A DNA stretch of 58,328 nt, taken from positions 1 through 58,328 of the forward strand of contig CAVPJD010000021.1 in assembly GCA_963705165.1 (NCBI GenBank), in the 5' to 3' direction. The notes below the pieces were generated by a model. The model saw nothing but the letters and a program-made list of their open reading frames with translations. It was not told the origin of the DNA and searched no databases. This DNA is from an uncultured delta proteobacterium. Its GTDB lineage: Bacteria > Desulfobacterota > Syntrophia > Syntrophales > UBA2192. This document shows, piece by piece, positions 39,410 through 50,664 of this stretch; the stretch's first letter is position 1; each line of letters starts with the position of its first letter. The position numbers were made by a program, and so were the translations under genes.

Positions 39410-40390
39410 ATGAAAACAGCAAGATCCGTGAGACTGGAAGAATTCGGCGGCCCGGAGAAAATGATTGTGAAGGCAATCGAACTGCCCGCTCCCGGGGCCG
39501 GCGAGGTGCAACTGCGCCAGACGGCAATCGGGTTCAACTTCATTGATGTCTACCAGCGCAAAGGCGTCTATCCGATTCCGCTGCCGACAGGTCTCGGCCA
39601 TGAAGCGGCAGGCGTCGTGGAGGCCGTTGGTGCCGGAGTCGATCATCTCCGTCCGGGAGACCGGGTTGCCTACATGAATGCCGGTCTCGGCGCCTACGCC
39701 GATTATCGCAACGTGCCGGCAGAGCGTCTGGTCGGCATTCCTGCCGGCGTGTCCGATGAGCAGGCGGCGGCGCTGCTGTTCAAGGGGCTGACGGCGCAAT
39801 ACCTGTTGAAGAAAACCCATGCGGTCCAGCCCGGCGAGATCGTTCTCGTTCATGCGGCGGCAGGTGGCGTCGGACAGATCCTGTGCCGGTGGGCCAAAGG
39901 GCTGGGCGCCTTTGTGATCGGGACAGCAAGCTCCGAGGAGAAGTGCGCAGTTGCCCGTGAGGCCGGCTGCAGCATCGCCATCAACTATTCCAGGGAGAAT
40001 TGGCCGACAGAGCTCCTGGAAGCGACAGGAGGCAAAAAAGCCAACGTCATCTATGATTCCGTCGGAAAGGATACCTTCCTCAAGTCGCTCAATTGCGCAG
40101 CACCCTTCGGGCTTGTCGTCCTCTTTGGCGCCGCCTCGGGTCCCGCTCCGGCGATCGAACCGGAGTTGCTCAATAAAAAAGGGTGCCTGTTCCTGACCCG
40201 GCCATCCGTATTTCCGCATAATGCCGATCCTGCAACATTTCGTGCCAACGCCGCGGTTCTCTTCGAGGCCATCTCAGTCGGCCTGGTGAAAGCACAGATC
40301 GGCTCGCGATTCAAACTCGACAACATCGCCCAGGCGCACATCGCAGCCGAATCCAGAGCGACGCAAGGGGCGACACTGATCATTCCCTGA
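39410..40390 (+). CDS. qor: NADPH:quinone oxidoreductase (zeta-crystallin-like)
   Basis: GFNFIDVYQRKGVY, GLTAQYL, HAAAGGVG, YDSVGKDTF. Confidence 0.9.
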   Translation: MKTARSVRLEEFGGPEKMIVKAIELPAPGAGEVQLRQTAIGFNFIDVYQRKGVYPIPLPTGLGHEAAGVVEAVGAGVDHLRPGDRVAYMNAGLGAYADYRNVPAERLVGIPAGVSDEQAAALLFKGLTAQYLLKKTHAVQPGEIVLVHAAAGGVGQILCRWAKGLGAFVIGTASSEEKCAVAREAGCSIAINYSRENWPTELLEATGGKKANVIYDSVGKDTFLKSLNCAAPFGLVVLFGAASGPAPAIEPELLNKKGCLFLTRPSVFPHNADPATFRANAAVLFEAISVGLVKAQIGSRFKLDNIAQAHIAAESRATQGATLIIP

Positions 40391-40564
40391 GGACAATTTA
40401 TTTCCTTGTTCCTGCCGCATAGCGGCTACTGTCAGCTGTCGGCTGTAGGCTCTTTTCTTCTCGACTCCCTTGCGGCCTCGTCGAGCTTGCCTTCCGCTGC
40501 AAATGATTGTATTTTAGCCGTCACTATTGAGCTACACGTCATTTTCATTTGGAATGCACCTGTG

Positions 40565-41881
40565 ATGGCACATCGTAACAAATCCAATAATAAAATCGTG
40601 GTCATAGCCGATGACCTGACCGGCGCCAACGACACGGGGGTCCAGTTTGCAAAGCAGGGGTTGAAGACCCTTGTCCTGCTGCGCGCTCCCGGTTCCCCCT
40701 CCGAACTGGACGAGGATGTGCTGGTCGTCGACACGCAGAGCCGGGCATTATCCCCGACGGAAGCGTATCAAAAAGTAACAGAGACGGCCTTGCTCTTCAA
40801 AAACAGGGATCAGTTTCAGACCCTCTATAAGAAGATCGATTCCACCCTGCGCGGCAATCTCGGGACGGAAATAGACGCCATGATGGATGCCTGCGGGCTC
40901 GAGCTTGCCATTGTGGCTCCTGCCTTTCCCAAAAACGGGCGGATAACCGTGGGAGGCTGTCATTTCCTGGGAGGCGCCCCTCTGGAAGCGACGGAAATTG
41001 CCAGGGACCCCCTGTGTCCCGTCACTGAGTCGCACATTCCGACTTTGATAGCAAAGCAGACAAAAAGGACAGTGGGGCATGTCGGGATCAAGAGCGTCAT
41101 TGCCGGTACCGAAGGTATCCTGGAGGCAATGAGGCAGTTAGTTGCGACCGGCCGGAAGATCCTTGTCTGCGATGCGTGGCAGGAGGAACACCTGAAGATG
41201 ATCGCCCTGGCCGCCGTGCGGCTCGAGAAACCGATCCTGTGGGTTGGCTCGGCCGGGTTGGCGGAATACGTGCCCCTGGCACTGGGTCAGGGCGCCGCAT
41301 CGGCAGACAAAAAACCGGTCGTGGTCATCGCAGGCAGCGTGAGCAACGTGACACGGGGCCAGGTAGCCATGCTGAGGCAGCGGACAGACCTGGCGTACAT
41401 TGAAGCCGCCCCCAGCGCCTTTTTAAAGCCGGCAACGGCGCAGGCGGAGACAGACCGGTGTTACCATGCTGCCGTTGACGCCATCAGGACCGGAAAAGAC
41501 GTCGTGATCGTTTCGGCAGACAGCGATGAGATGGTGGCCAGGACAAAAGAGGAAGGGTCGTCGCTGGGCCTTTCCAGCCGGCAGACCTCTGAAGCGGTTG
41601 CCGCGGCCCTGGGCAGTCTCTGCCGTCAGATCGCACTGAGTGTATCCCTGGGCGGCCTCGTTCTGACCGGGGGAGACATCGCCGTGAGTTGCTGCAGCCT
41701 CCTGTCGGCCGGCGGGATCTCGGTTATCCGGGAAGTTGCCCCGGGCATCCCCGTGGGCGTCCTGAAGGGCGGGCAGTGCCCCGGCCTGAGAGTCGTAACC
41801 AAAGCCGGCGCCTTTGGCGCCGAGGATGCGCTCTGCAAGGCCGTCGACAGTTTAAAAATTCATCAGGAGACATCGGCATGA
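40565..41881 (+). CDS. Four-carbon acid sugar kinase (DUF1537, DtnK/DenK-like)
   Basis: [38 protein letters not shown]. Confidence 0.92.
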   Translation: MAHRNKSNNKIVVIADDLTGANDTGVQFAKQGLKTLVLLRAPGSPSELDEDVLVVDTQSRALSPTEAYQKVTETALLFKNRDQFQTLYKKIDSTLRGNLGTEIDAMMDACGLELAIVAPAFPKNGRITVGGCHFLGGAPLEATEIARDPLCPVTESHIPTLIAKQTKRTVGHVGIKSVIAGTEGILEAMRQLVATGRKILVCDAWQEEHLKMIALAAVRLEKPILWVGSAGLAEYVPLALGQGAASADKKPVVVIAGSVSNVTRGQVAMLRQRTDLAYIEAAPSAFLKPATAQAETDRCYHAAVDAIRTGKDVVIVSADSDEMVARTKEEGSSLGLSSRQTSEAVAAALGSLCRQIALSVSLGGLVLTGGDIAVSCCSLLSAGGISVIREVAPGIPVGVLKGGQCPGLRVVTKAGAFGAEDALCKAVDSLKIHQETSA

Positions 41882-42907
41882 CCGAGACAAAACCGATCAT
41901 CGGCATCAGCATGGGGGATCCGTCGGGCATAGGCCCCGAAATTGCCGTGAAGACCCTCGCCCGGAAAGAAATCTACGAGATCTGCAAGCCGTTGATCGTC
42001 GGCGACAGCGAACGCCATCAAGGACGCATTGAGGATGACCGCGCTGGATCTCAAGATCAATTCCATCTCGGAGGTCAGGCAGGCCCTGTTTCAGTTCGGC
42101 ACCCTGGATGTCTATGATCTGAAGAATGTAGACATGGCAAAGCTGCAGTATGGAAAGGTATCCGCCATGTCGGGCGATGCTGCCTTTGAAGCCATCAAGA
42201 AAGTGATTGAGCTTGCCCAGAAACATGAGATCGACGCGACCGTGACCGGGCCGATCAACAAGGAATCCATCAACCTGGCCGGGCATCACTATTCGGGGCA
42301 TACGGAAATCTATGCCCATTACACCCATACGGAAGATTACACGATGATGCTTGCCCACGAAAACCTGCGCGTCGTTCACGTCTCGACGCACGTGTCCCTG
42401 AAAGAGGCCTGTGCCCGGGTCAAGAAAGACAGGGTGCTGAAAGTCATCAAGCTGGCCTGGGAAGCCTGCCGGAAGATCGGGATTGCCGATCCCCGGATCG
42501 GGGTGGCCGGCCTCAATCCGCACGCGGGCGAGAGCGGCATGTTCGGCAGAGAGGAAATCGACGAGATCATCCCTGCGATCGAGGAGGCAAAGGCGCTGAA
42601 GATCAACGCCGACGGGCCCATCCCGCCGGACAGCCTGTTCTCGAAAGCCAAGGGCGGCCTGTATGACATCGTCGTCGCCATGTATCACGACCAGGGTCAT
42701 ATCCCCCTCAAGGTTGTCGGTTTCAACTGGAATGACGAGAAGCAGAAATGGGATTCCATCAGCGGGGTGAACATCACCCTCGGCTTGCCGATTATCCGGA
42801 GCTCCGTGGATCACGGCACGGCATTCGGCAAGGCGGGCAAGGGCACCGCATCTGAGTTGAGCCTGGTGCACGCCATCGAATACGCGGTAAAGATGACTCT
42901 CAACTAG
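41878..42907 (+). CDS. pdxA: PdxA2 family 4-phospho-tetronate dehydrogenase, +1 frameshift near 42007
   Basis: [13 protein letters not shown], then [28 protein letters not shown] and [10 protein letters not shown]. Confidence 0.9.
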
Positions 42908-42965
42908 CGGTGCAAGACGGCTGCGGGCCGTCTTCAAAACCTTCGAACAAACAAAGGAGGATGCT

Positions 42966-43955
42966 ATGAAACGCTTTACCTTGCTGTCATTGATGTTTAC
43001 GTTGGCCGTTGCGATGTTCGCCGTCCCATGCGCATGGGCGGCCGATCCCGTCAAGCTGGTCTTCGCCTCCGCCTACGCGCCGGTGGACCACCAGAGCCAG
43101 ACCCTGGTCAAGTTCGCCGAGCTGGCCGAGAAGTACAGCAACGGCTCGCTGAAAGTGAGTGTCGCCGTCGGCGGCGTCCTGGGCGGTGAGCGCGATGTGG
43201 CCGAGGGGATCCAGGTGGGCACGGTGAACGGGGCGATTCTGGGCGGTATCCTCCAGAACTTCGACCCGGCAATGTCCATTCTCGAGTTTCCCTTCCTCTT
43301 CAAGAACGAAGCGCACGTGCGGGCCGTCATGGAAGGGCCGGTGGGCGACAAGATCAGGGCCCGGCTGATTGCGAAGACCAACATTCGCATCCTCTACTAT
43401 GTCATGCGCACGCCCCGGGAGCTGACCACCAAGAAACCCGTCAAGAGCCTTGCCGATGTCAAGGGCATGAAGATCCGCGTCCCGGAGATGCAGGCCCACC
43501 TGGAAACCTGGAGAGCCCTCGGGGCCACTCCCACGCCGCTGGCCTTCACCGAAGTCTACACGGCCCTGCAGCTGGGGACGGTCGACGGGCAGGAGAACCC
43601 CCTCGGGGTCATCTACGCCAACAAGTTCTACGAGGTCACCGAGTACCTGGCCCTCACGGACCACCTGGTCGGCTTCATGATGATCGTCATGAACAACGAC
43701 ACGTACAAGAAGCTCGATGCCGGCCAGCAGAAGGCCCTCGACCAGGCGGCCAAAGAGGCCTCCCGCTTCAACGACCAGCTGCTCAAGAGCATCACCGCGG
43801 ACATCGAAAAGCAGCTCTTCGCGAAGATGAAGGTCACGAAGATCAACAACGCCCCCTGGCGCGAGGCAACCAAGGACGTCTACAAGAGCTTCCTGAAATA
43901 TGACGGCTTCGGGGATCTCTACCTGGGCATCCGCCAGGTCGGCGAAAAGTACTGA
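42966..43955 (+). CDS. dctP: TRAP transporter substrate-binding protein
   Basis: Signal peptide, GMKIRV, EVYTALQLGTVDGQENP. Confidence 0.92.
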   Translation: MKRFTLLSLMFTLAVAMFAVPCAWAADPVKLVFASAYAPVDHQSQTLVKFAELAEKYSNGSLKVSVAVGGVLGGERDVAEGIQVGTVNGAILGGILQNFDPAMSILEFPFLFKNEAHVRAVMEGPVGDKIRARLIAKTNIRILYYVMRTPRELTTKKPVKSLADVKGMKIRVPEMQAHLETWRALGATPTPLAFTEVYTALQLGTVDGQENPLGVIYANKFYEVTEYLALTDHLVGFMMIVMNNDTYKKLDAGQQKALDQAAKEASRFNDQLLKSITADIEKQLFAKMKVTKINNAPWREATKDVYKSFLKYDGFGDLYLGIRQVGEKY

Positions 43956-44004
43956 TCGGTAGCCTGTCAGCACTATTGCTGCGGCAACTGAACATTGCCG
44001 CCAT

Positions 44005-44110
44005 GTCATACCGGATACCCGATCAGGTCGAGTACAGGCCTGATCCGGTATCCGGTTGTTTGTGGATTCCCGCTCCCCGCTTTCGCGAGGACAAGCTTTG
44101 CGGGAATGAC
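44005..44110. repeat. Nested REP-like palindromic element
   Basis: GTCATACCGGATAC...GTATCCGG...GGATTCCCGC...GCGGGAATGAC. Confidence 0.7.
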
Positions 44111-44167
44111 GCTATTGCGGTATTTTGTTGCCTGTTCGATATGACAAGGGGAGTTTAGAGGGTAAAC

Positions 44168-44692
44168 ATGACACGGACTATGGACATGCTCGAGACCATG
44201 ATTCGCTGGACGGTCGTCTCGCTGCTCGCCGTCATGGTGGTTGCCATCGGCTCGCAGGTCTTCGCCCGGTACCTGTTTCACCAGTCCCTGTACTGGACGG
44301 AAGAGCTGGGCCGTCACGTGATGGTGTGGATGATCTTCCTGGCCTCCGTGATTTGCGTCCGGAGGGGGCATCACCTCAGCATCACGCTGCTCAAAGAGAG
44401 GCTCAAGCCCGATAAGCGGGCGCTGATGCAGCTTGTCGGGGCGATCGTCCTGGCGTACTTTTTCTACATGATGATCGTCCACGGCTGGACGCTCACGCAA
44501 AAGACCATGGTCCAGCGATCCAGCGCCATTCACTACCCGATGGGCTATGTGTACGCCGCCCTGCCGGTCAGCGGGCTTCTCATGTTCATCGTCAACCTCG
44601 AGGTCATGATCAAGGCCGGCCTCGAGTTCTTCGGGAAGCGCAAGGGCGAAGCCGTCGCGCAGCCCGCCGGGACGGGAGGCGAATCGAAATGA
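44168..44692 (+). CDS. dctQ: TRAP transporter small permease
   Basis: QVFARYLF...WTEELGR, 4 TMs. Confidence 0.9.
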   Translation: MTRTMDMLETMIRWTVVSLLAVMVVAIGSQVFARYLFHQSLYWTEELGRHVMVWMIFLASVICVRRGHHLSITLLKERLKPDKRALMQLVGAIVLAYFFYMMIVHGWTLTQKTMVQRSSAIHYPMGYVYAALPVSGLLMFIVNLEVMIKAGLEFFGKRKGEAVAQPAGTGGESK

Positions 44693-45957
44693 CTATTGCG
44701 ATCCTCTTCGTCGTTCTCCTGCTCATCGGCGTGCCCGTGGCGTTCACCCTGGGGCTGACGGCCCTGGCCTACATTGCGCTCGAGACCCCTCTTCCTCCCC
44801 TTGTCGCCTTTCAACGGATGTTTACCAGCGTGGACTCCTTTCCCTTCGTGGCCATCCCGTTTTTCATGCTGGCCGGAAACCTGATGGGCGCCGGCGGCCT
44901 GGCCCAGCGCATCATCAACATGGCGCGCGCGATGGTGGGCCACCTGCGGGGCGGGCTCGCCAACGTCACCGTCGTCTCCAACATGATCATGGGCGGCATC
45001 TCCGGCTCGTCGGTCGCCGATTGCTCCGCCCTGGGTTCCATCCTGATCCCGGCCATGCAGAAGCAGGGGTACAAATCCCAATTTGCCGGCGCCGTCAATG
45101 CCACCGCCTCCACGATGGGCATCATCATCCCCCCGAGCATCCCGATGATCCTGACGGGGGCGGCCACGAGCCTCTCCATCCGCGACCTCTTCTTCGGCGG
45201 GCTGGTGCCGGGCATCCTGATCGGCCTGGGGATGCTGGTGATCACGACGTATATTTCCAAACGGAGGGACTACCCGAAATTCCCCCGCGCCACCGCCCGC
45301 GAGCTGCTGAAGGCGATATGGCGGGGGCTGCCTGCCTTCATCATGGTCGCGATCATCCTGGTCGGGATCATGACCGGCATCTTCACGCCGACGGAGGCCT
45401 CCGTCGCGGCGGTCCTTTATGCCATCCTGGTCGGCCTGATCGACCGGGAGCTGACCTGGAAGGGGTTCTACGATTCGATGCTCAATGCGGCCGTCTCTTC
45501 GGCCGTGGTGATGGTCGTCATCTCGACGGCGGGCCTCCTGACCTGGCTTCTGGCCTACTCCATGATCCCGCAGAAGCTCACGCTTTCTCTTGCGACCGTC
45601 GTCGACTCGCCGACGACGCTGCTGGTCGTCCTCGGGGCGGTCTTCCTGCTCGTGGGCTGCGTGCTGGACGTCTCTCCTGCGGTCCTGCTTTTCGGGCCGG
45701 TCCTGCTGCCCCTGGTGACCACTGTCGGGGTGGACCCCATCTTCTTCGGGGTCATGATGGTGTTCGCCCTCGCCATCGGCCTGATCACGCCGCCCGTCGG
45801 CACGACGATGATGCTCTCGGCCTATATCGCCGGGGTGAGCATCCTGGATATCGCCCGGGAGAGCGTGCCCTATCTCATTTACATGATCATCCTGCTTTAC
45901 GTTTTGATTTTCTTCCAGGGCCTCGTGTTGTGGGTCCCCAACTATCTCTTTCACTGA
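44689..45957 (+). CDS. dctM: TRAP transporter large permease
   Basis: AIPFFMLAGNLM, GISGSSVAD, IIPPSIP, FTPTEAS, ITPPVG. Confidence 0.93.
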   Translation: MTIAILFVVLLLIGVPVAFTLGLTALAYIALETPLPPLVAFQRMFTSVDSFPFVAIPFFMLAGNLMGAGGLAQRIINMARAMVGHLRGGLANVTVVSNMIMGGISGSSVADCSALGSILIPAMQKQGYKSQFAGAVNATASTMGIIIPPSIPMILTGAATSLSIRDLFFGGLVPGILIGLGMLVITTYISKRRDYPKFPRATARELLKAIWRGLPAFIMVAIILVGIMTGIFTPTEASVAAVLYAILVGLIDRELTWKGFYDSMLNAAVSSAVVMVVISTAGLLTWLLAYSMIPQKLTLSLATVVDSPTTLLVVLGAVFLLVGCVLDVSPAVLLFGPVLLPLVTTVGVDPIFFGVMMVFALAIGLITPPVGTTMMLSAYIAGVSILDIARESVPYLIYMIILLYVLIFFQGLVLWVPNYLFH

Positions 45958-46046
45958 GCGGGGAGAGCCTTTGAACGGGCTGCCGTATAGTGAGCGGCCC
46001 GAACCGAGATGAGGGGACTGCGAGCCACGGACCCCTTCCTCTCCAT

Positions 46047-46137
46047 TCACCCTCTCCCCTCGCGGGAGAGGGCAGGGGTGAGGGGGTCTAGCGATCATTC
46101 GCCCTCCCCTTGATCCCCTCCCGTCGAGGGAGGGGAA
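46047..46137. repeat. CCCTCTCCC/GGGAGAGGG-type GC-rich palindromic repeats
   Basis: CACCCTCTCCCCTCGCGGGAGAGGGCAGGGGTGAGGG and CCCCTCCCGTCGAGGGAGGGG. Relatives at about 20025-20065, 47488-47568 and 53100-53360. Confidence 0.7.
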
Positions 46138-46168
46138 ACGAGAAAGCCGTTTCTTCAGGAGGAAGGAC

Positions 46169-47452
46169 GTGAAGGTCGAGCTGCCGTATGGAAAGGGCAC
46201 AATCCATGCCGATGTGCCCGCAAAGAACCTCATCGGCGTCTATTCGCCGAAGGACATCCTGCCCGTTGCCGATGTGAAAAAGGAAGTGATCCGGGCGCTC
46301 GCGAACCCCATCGGCTCCAAACCCCTGCGCGAGCTGGTGCGGGGCGCAGGCTCGGTGGTCATCGTCGCCGACGACAACACCCGCCTGACCCCCACGGACA
46401 GGATCATCCCCGTTCTGCTGGACGAGATGAACGCCGCCGGCGTGAAGGATGCGCAGATCACCGTCATCATCGCCCTGGGCACCCACCGGTTCATGACGCA
46501 GAGTGAAATATGGGAAAAATTCGGCGCCGATGTCGTCAGGCGCGTGGCCGTCAAAAACCATGATTACAAGAATGAAGCTGAATTGATCGATCTCGGCACG
46601 ACACCGAACGGAACGCACGTGACGGTCAACCGGGAAACCTGGGAGGCCGACTTCAAGATCGGCGTGGGGAGCATCGTGCCGCATCATATCCCCGGGTATG
46701 CGGGCGGCGCGAAAATCGTGCAGCCGGGCATATGCGGGGAGCAGACAACGGCCGAGACGCACCTGCTGAGCGTGAAGACCCCGCGCTCTCTTCTGGGCGT
46801 CACGGAGAATCCCGTGCGCACGGAAGTGAACGACATCGCGCGCAGAGTGGGACTCAACACCATTCTCAACACGGTTCTGAATCGCTACGGCGAAGTCGTC
46901 GAGGCGTTCTTCGGGGACGTGGTGGACGCATTCAACGAAGGGGTCAAGCTGTCGCAGAGAGTCTATGCGACGGAGATCCCGGAAGAGGCCGACATCGTCC
47001 TGTCCAGCTCCCACCCCTGCGACATCGAATTCTGGCAGGCGCACAAGACCCTGTACCCATCCGACCTTGCCGTCAAGGCGGGGGGGATCATCATCGTCGC
47101 CACGCCATGCCCGGAAGGTGTGGCCATGACTCATCAGGATATCCTGGAGGTCACCCGCAAAGACGCATGCGGCCTCCGCGAGATGGTCTCCTGCGGGCAG
47201 CTGAAGGACGAAGTCGCGGCGGCCCTCGCCATCGCCTGGGCCCAGGTGAAGGAGCGGGAGTCGGTGTACATCGTCTCCGACGGTATCGGCCCGGACGATG
47301 CCAAAAAGCTGGGGTTTACCCATTTTGATACGATCCAGGGTGCTCTCGTCGCAGCATTGCGGGCAAAAGGGGACAATGCCCGCATCACCGTGCTCACCCA
47401 TGCGCCGGACATGCTGCCCGTGATCGCGCCCTCTGGCAAACCCCTTCCATAA
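46169..47452 (+). CDS. larA: LarA-family nickel-pincer racemase/epimerase
   Basis: SD AGGAGG with GTG start. DDNTR, ALGTHR, NHD, PHHIPGYAGGAK, WQAHK. Confidence 0.88.
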   Translation: MKVELPYGKGTIHADVPAKNLIGVYSPKDILPVADVKKEVIRALANPIGSKPLRELVRGAGSVVIVADDNTRLTPTDRIIPVLLDEMNAAGVKDAQITVIIALGTHRFMTQSEIWEKFGADVVRRVAVKNHDYKNEAELIDLGTTPNGTHVTVNRETWEADFKIGVGSIVPHHIPGYAGGAKIVQPGICGEQTTAETHLLSVKTPRSLLGVTENPVRTEVNDIARRVGLNTILNTVLNRYGEVVEAFFGDVVDAFNEGVKLSQRVYATEIPEEADIVLSSSHPCDIEFWQAHKTLYPSDLAVKAGGIIIVATPCPEGVAMTHQDILEVTRKDACGLREMVSCGQLKDEVAAALAIAWAQVKERESVYIVSDGIGPDDAKKLGFTHFDTIQGALVAALRAKGDNARITVLTHAPDMLPVIAPSGKPLP

Positions 47453-47591
47453 TCTCCCTCGCCTAGGGAAAACAATTTCCTTTATCTTCCTCTCCCTTGA
47501 GGGGAGAGGATTGAGGTGAGGGTGAATGATCCCAATCCTTTTTCAGGAGAGGGTCGGGGTGAGGGTGGATTTCCCGAGGCGTTAAAAAGGG

Positions 47592-47710
47592 GTCATCGCG
47601 AGCCGAGCCTTGCGAGGCGTGGCGATCTACATTTGAGATCTCTGTGTTGATTCTATATCGAGATTGCGTCGCGGAGTTTATCCTGAGCCTGCCGAAGGGC
47701 TCGCAATGAC
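47592..47710. repeat. GTCAT(C/T)GCGAG...GC(G/A)ATCT / AGATTGC...GCAATGAC REP-like element
   Basis: Two arms here. Single arms recur at about 50715-50751, 53258-53293 and 55385-55420. Confidence 0.72.
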
Positions 47711-47748
47711 GATTTTTTTCCAACGACTTTCATAGACAAGGAGGGAAA

Positions 47749-48780
47749 ATGAAAAAGAGCATTATCGTCACGATCATGGCAATGGTGGTCTTGCTCGCCG
47801 TCGGGCAAGTCGGTGCTGCTGAATTCAAGGCGACCATGAAAATGGGCTCCACCCAGCCCAGCGACCACCCCTACATGGTGGGCGCCCAGAAGTTTTCCGA
47901 CCTGATCAAGCAGCGGACAAACGGTCGCATCGTCATCAACCTCTACCCGAGCTCGCAGCTGGGCAAGGGCGAGCGGGAGATGGTGGAGAGCATGAAGCAG
48001 GGCATCATCGAGCTGGTGGTGAGCTCGACGGGGCCGCTGGGCGGGTTCAGCCCCTCGATCAACATCCTCGACATCCCCTACCTCTTCCGCGATTACGCCC
48101 ACGTGGACGCCGTCCTGGACGGGCCCATCGGCCGGCAGCTTCTTACCGACATGGACAAGCACGGCATCGTCGGCATGGCCTTCTGGGAGAATGGCTTCCG
48201 CCACCTGACGAACTCCAAGGTCGCCGTGAAGACCGTCGAGCAGGGCAAGGGCCTCAAGATCCGCACCATGGAGAACAAGGTGCACCTGCTTGCATGGAAG
48301 ACGGCGGGCCTGAACCCCACGCCGATGGCATGGGGTGAGCTGTACCCGGCCCTGCAGCAGGGCGTCATCGACGGCCAGGAAAACCCCGTTGCCGTTTTCT
48401 ACAGCGCGAAATTCTGGGAAGTGCAGAAGTATTTCTCGCTCACCTACCACGTCTACTCCCCGGCGCCGTTCATGATGAGCAAGAAGAAGTTCCAGGCCAT
48501 GCCGAAGGCGGACCAGGAGCTCTTCATGAAGACCGCCCTGGAGGTCGCGGCCTTTCAGCGCAAACTCAACCGCGACGACGAGGAGAAGAAGCTCCAGGAA
48601 ATGGCGGCCAAGGGTCTCACGGTGATCCGCGACGTCGACAAGGCCTCCTTTGCGAAGGCCATGCAGCCGGGTTATGCGGAGTGGAACAAGGATTTCGGGA
48701 AGGACAAGATCGCGGCGATCGTCAACACGAAGGCCCCCGCGGCAAAAGCCCCCGCAAAAGCAGCCCCGAAGAAGAAATAA
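47749..48780 (+). CDS. dctP: TRAP transporter substrate-binding protein (second)
   Basis: WENGFRH, GLKIRTM, ELYPALQQGVIDGQENP. Confidence 0.92.
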   Translation: MKKSIIVTIMAMVVLLAVGQVGAAEFKATMKMGSTQPSDHPYMVGAQKFSDLIKQRTNGRIVINLYPSSQLGKGEREMVESMKQGIIELVVSSTGPLGGFSPSINILDIPYLFRDYAHVDAVLDGPIGRQLLTDMDKHGIVGMAFWENGFRHLTNSKVAVKTVEQGKGLKIRTMENKVHLLAWKTAGLNPTPMAWGELYPALQQGVIDGQENPVAVFYSAKFWEVQKYFSLTYHVYSPAPFMMSKKKFQAMPKADQELFMKTALEVAAFQRKLNRDDEEKKLQEMAAKGLTVIRDVDKASFAKAMQPGYAEWNKDFGKDKIAAIVNTKAPAAKAPAKAAPKKK

Positions 48781-48802
48781 CGGAGATCTATCCCGCGCAC
48801 GG

Positions 48803-48834
48803 CCTGCAGGGGGGGACACGCCCCCCCCTGCAGG
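48803..48834 (+). other. Strong hairpin between dctP and dctQ (mRNA stabiliser or attenuator)
   Basis: CCTGCAGGGGGGG-loop-CCCCCCCTGCAGG. Confidence 0.5.
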
Positions 48835-48882
48835 TGCGTGTCGTCGTCCCCGCCGGATCAAACAGGTCAAGAGGAAACCTGA

Positions 48883-49380
48883 ATGAAATATCTGCGCGCC
48901 GTCAATGAGCTGCTGCTTACCGTTGCAGGCTGGGGCACGATATTTTTCATGGGAGTGATCGTCGATCGTCATCCCGTACGAAGTGTTCGGAAGGTACGTG
49001 CATTAAAAGCATGTCCGTATGGTCAGGCGAGGTATCCACGTTTTCTCTCGCCTGGGCCACCATGCTGGGCGGCGCCGTGGGCCTCAAAAAAGGGTATCAG
49101 GTAAGCATGACGGCGGTGCTCGATGCCGTTCCGCCTTCCGTCAGCAAGGCTCTCAAGGGCGCCGGGCTCCTCTTCATGCTGGTTTTTCTTGCGGCGATGA
49201 CCTGGTACGGGGCATTGCAGACCCTCATCAATTTTGAGCAGACCTCGCCGGCCATGGGCATCAAGATGGGGTTCCCCTATGCATGCATGCCGATAGGATT
49301 CTTCATCATGCTCATGCTGACCATCGAGGAGTTGCTGGTTTTTCTGGGCATATCGGCTTCCGAAGGGGAGAACGGCATGA
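48883..49380 (+). CDS. dctQ: TRAP small permease with two +1 frameshifts (near 48964 and 49002)
   Basis: Reconstructed as MKYLRAVNELLL...IVIPYEVFGRYV-KSMSVWSGEVSTF...QTSPAMGIKMGFPY. Confidence 0.75.
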
Positions 49381-50664
49381 TAGCCATCTTTCTGGTCGCT
49401 TTTGTCGCCCTCCTGTCATTCGGCATCCCTATCGCAATGGGCCTGGGCGGTTCTGCCATGGTCTATCTTTTGTTCAACCCGGATATCGAACTCACCATCC
49501 TGCCGCAGACGATCTTCGGCGGAATGGCATCTTTTCCGCTTCTGGCGATCCCGCTCTTCATGCTTGCCGGCAACCTGATGAACGAGGGGGGGTTGACGGA
49601 GGATCTTGTCCGCTTTGCCAAGCTGATGATCGGGCATATCAGGGGCGGGCTGGGGCATGCCACGATCATTGCCTGTGCGATCTTTGCAGCCATTTCCGGA
49701 GCTGCCGTCGCAACGGCCGTGGCCATAGGCATGATCATGATCCCCGCCATGAAACAGGAAGGGTTTGATGAAGACCTGGGTGCGGCGATAACGGCTACCG
49801 CCTCCTGCATGGGCCCCATTATTCCGCCGAGCATTCCGTTTATCATCTACGGGGTCATCGCGAATGTCTCGATCGGTGCGCTTTTTCTCGGCGGTGTGCT
49901 CCCCGGCCTTCTGCTGGGCATCAGCCTGATGGTCTACATGGCTTACGAAGCCAGGAAGCGCAATTACCCGGTCCGTCAAAAAGCAACGTTCAAGGAGATG
50001 CTCGTTGGCGGCTGGAAGGCGCTGCCTGCGCTTTTCATGCCCGTTATCATCATGGGCGGCATCCTCGGGGGGGCCTTTACCCCGACGGAAGCTGCGGGTG
50101 TGACCTGTGTTTACGCGGCACTCATCGGGGGGTTCGTATACAGGCGTCTTAAACTGAAAAATATCCCCAAGGTTCTTCTGGCAGCCGGCCTGGAATCCGC
50201 CATGATCATGTTGCTTCTGGGTCTCTCCGAGCCTTTCGCGTGGATCGTTGCGGCAGATCAGATCCCCCAGATGATGATCGATGCGATCTCCAGTGTCAGC
50301 ACCTCTCCCTATGTTCTCCTCTTACTGATCAATGTCGTACTCCTTATTATCGGCATTCCCATTGAAACGGCCCCGGCCCTCGTCATCGTGGCGCCGATCC
50401 TCGCCCCCATGGCAACCCAAGCTGGGAATCGACCCCGTCCACCTGGGGGTCGTCGTGTGTTTCAACCTGGTCCTCGGGCTGATCACCCCTCCCGTCGGGG
50501 GCGTTCTTTTTGCCATCTGCGGGATATCCGGGCTCTCCCTCGAAAAGTTGAGCAGGGCGATCTGGAAACCCTTCTGGATCGCGATAGCCGTCCTCTTGCT
50601 GATCACCTATATCCCCCAGCTAAGCACCTTCCTGCCAAAAATGCTCATGCCGGGTATCCGGTAG
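49377..50664 (+). CDS. dctM: TRAP large permease, +1 frameshift near 50418
   Basis: AIPLFMLAGNLM, IIPPSIP, FTPTEAA. GIDPVHLG...ITPPVG is in the next frame. Confidence 0.85.
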
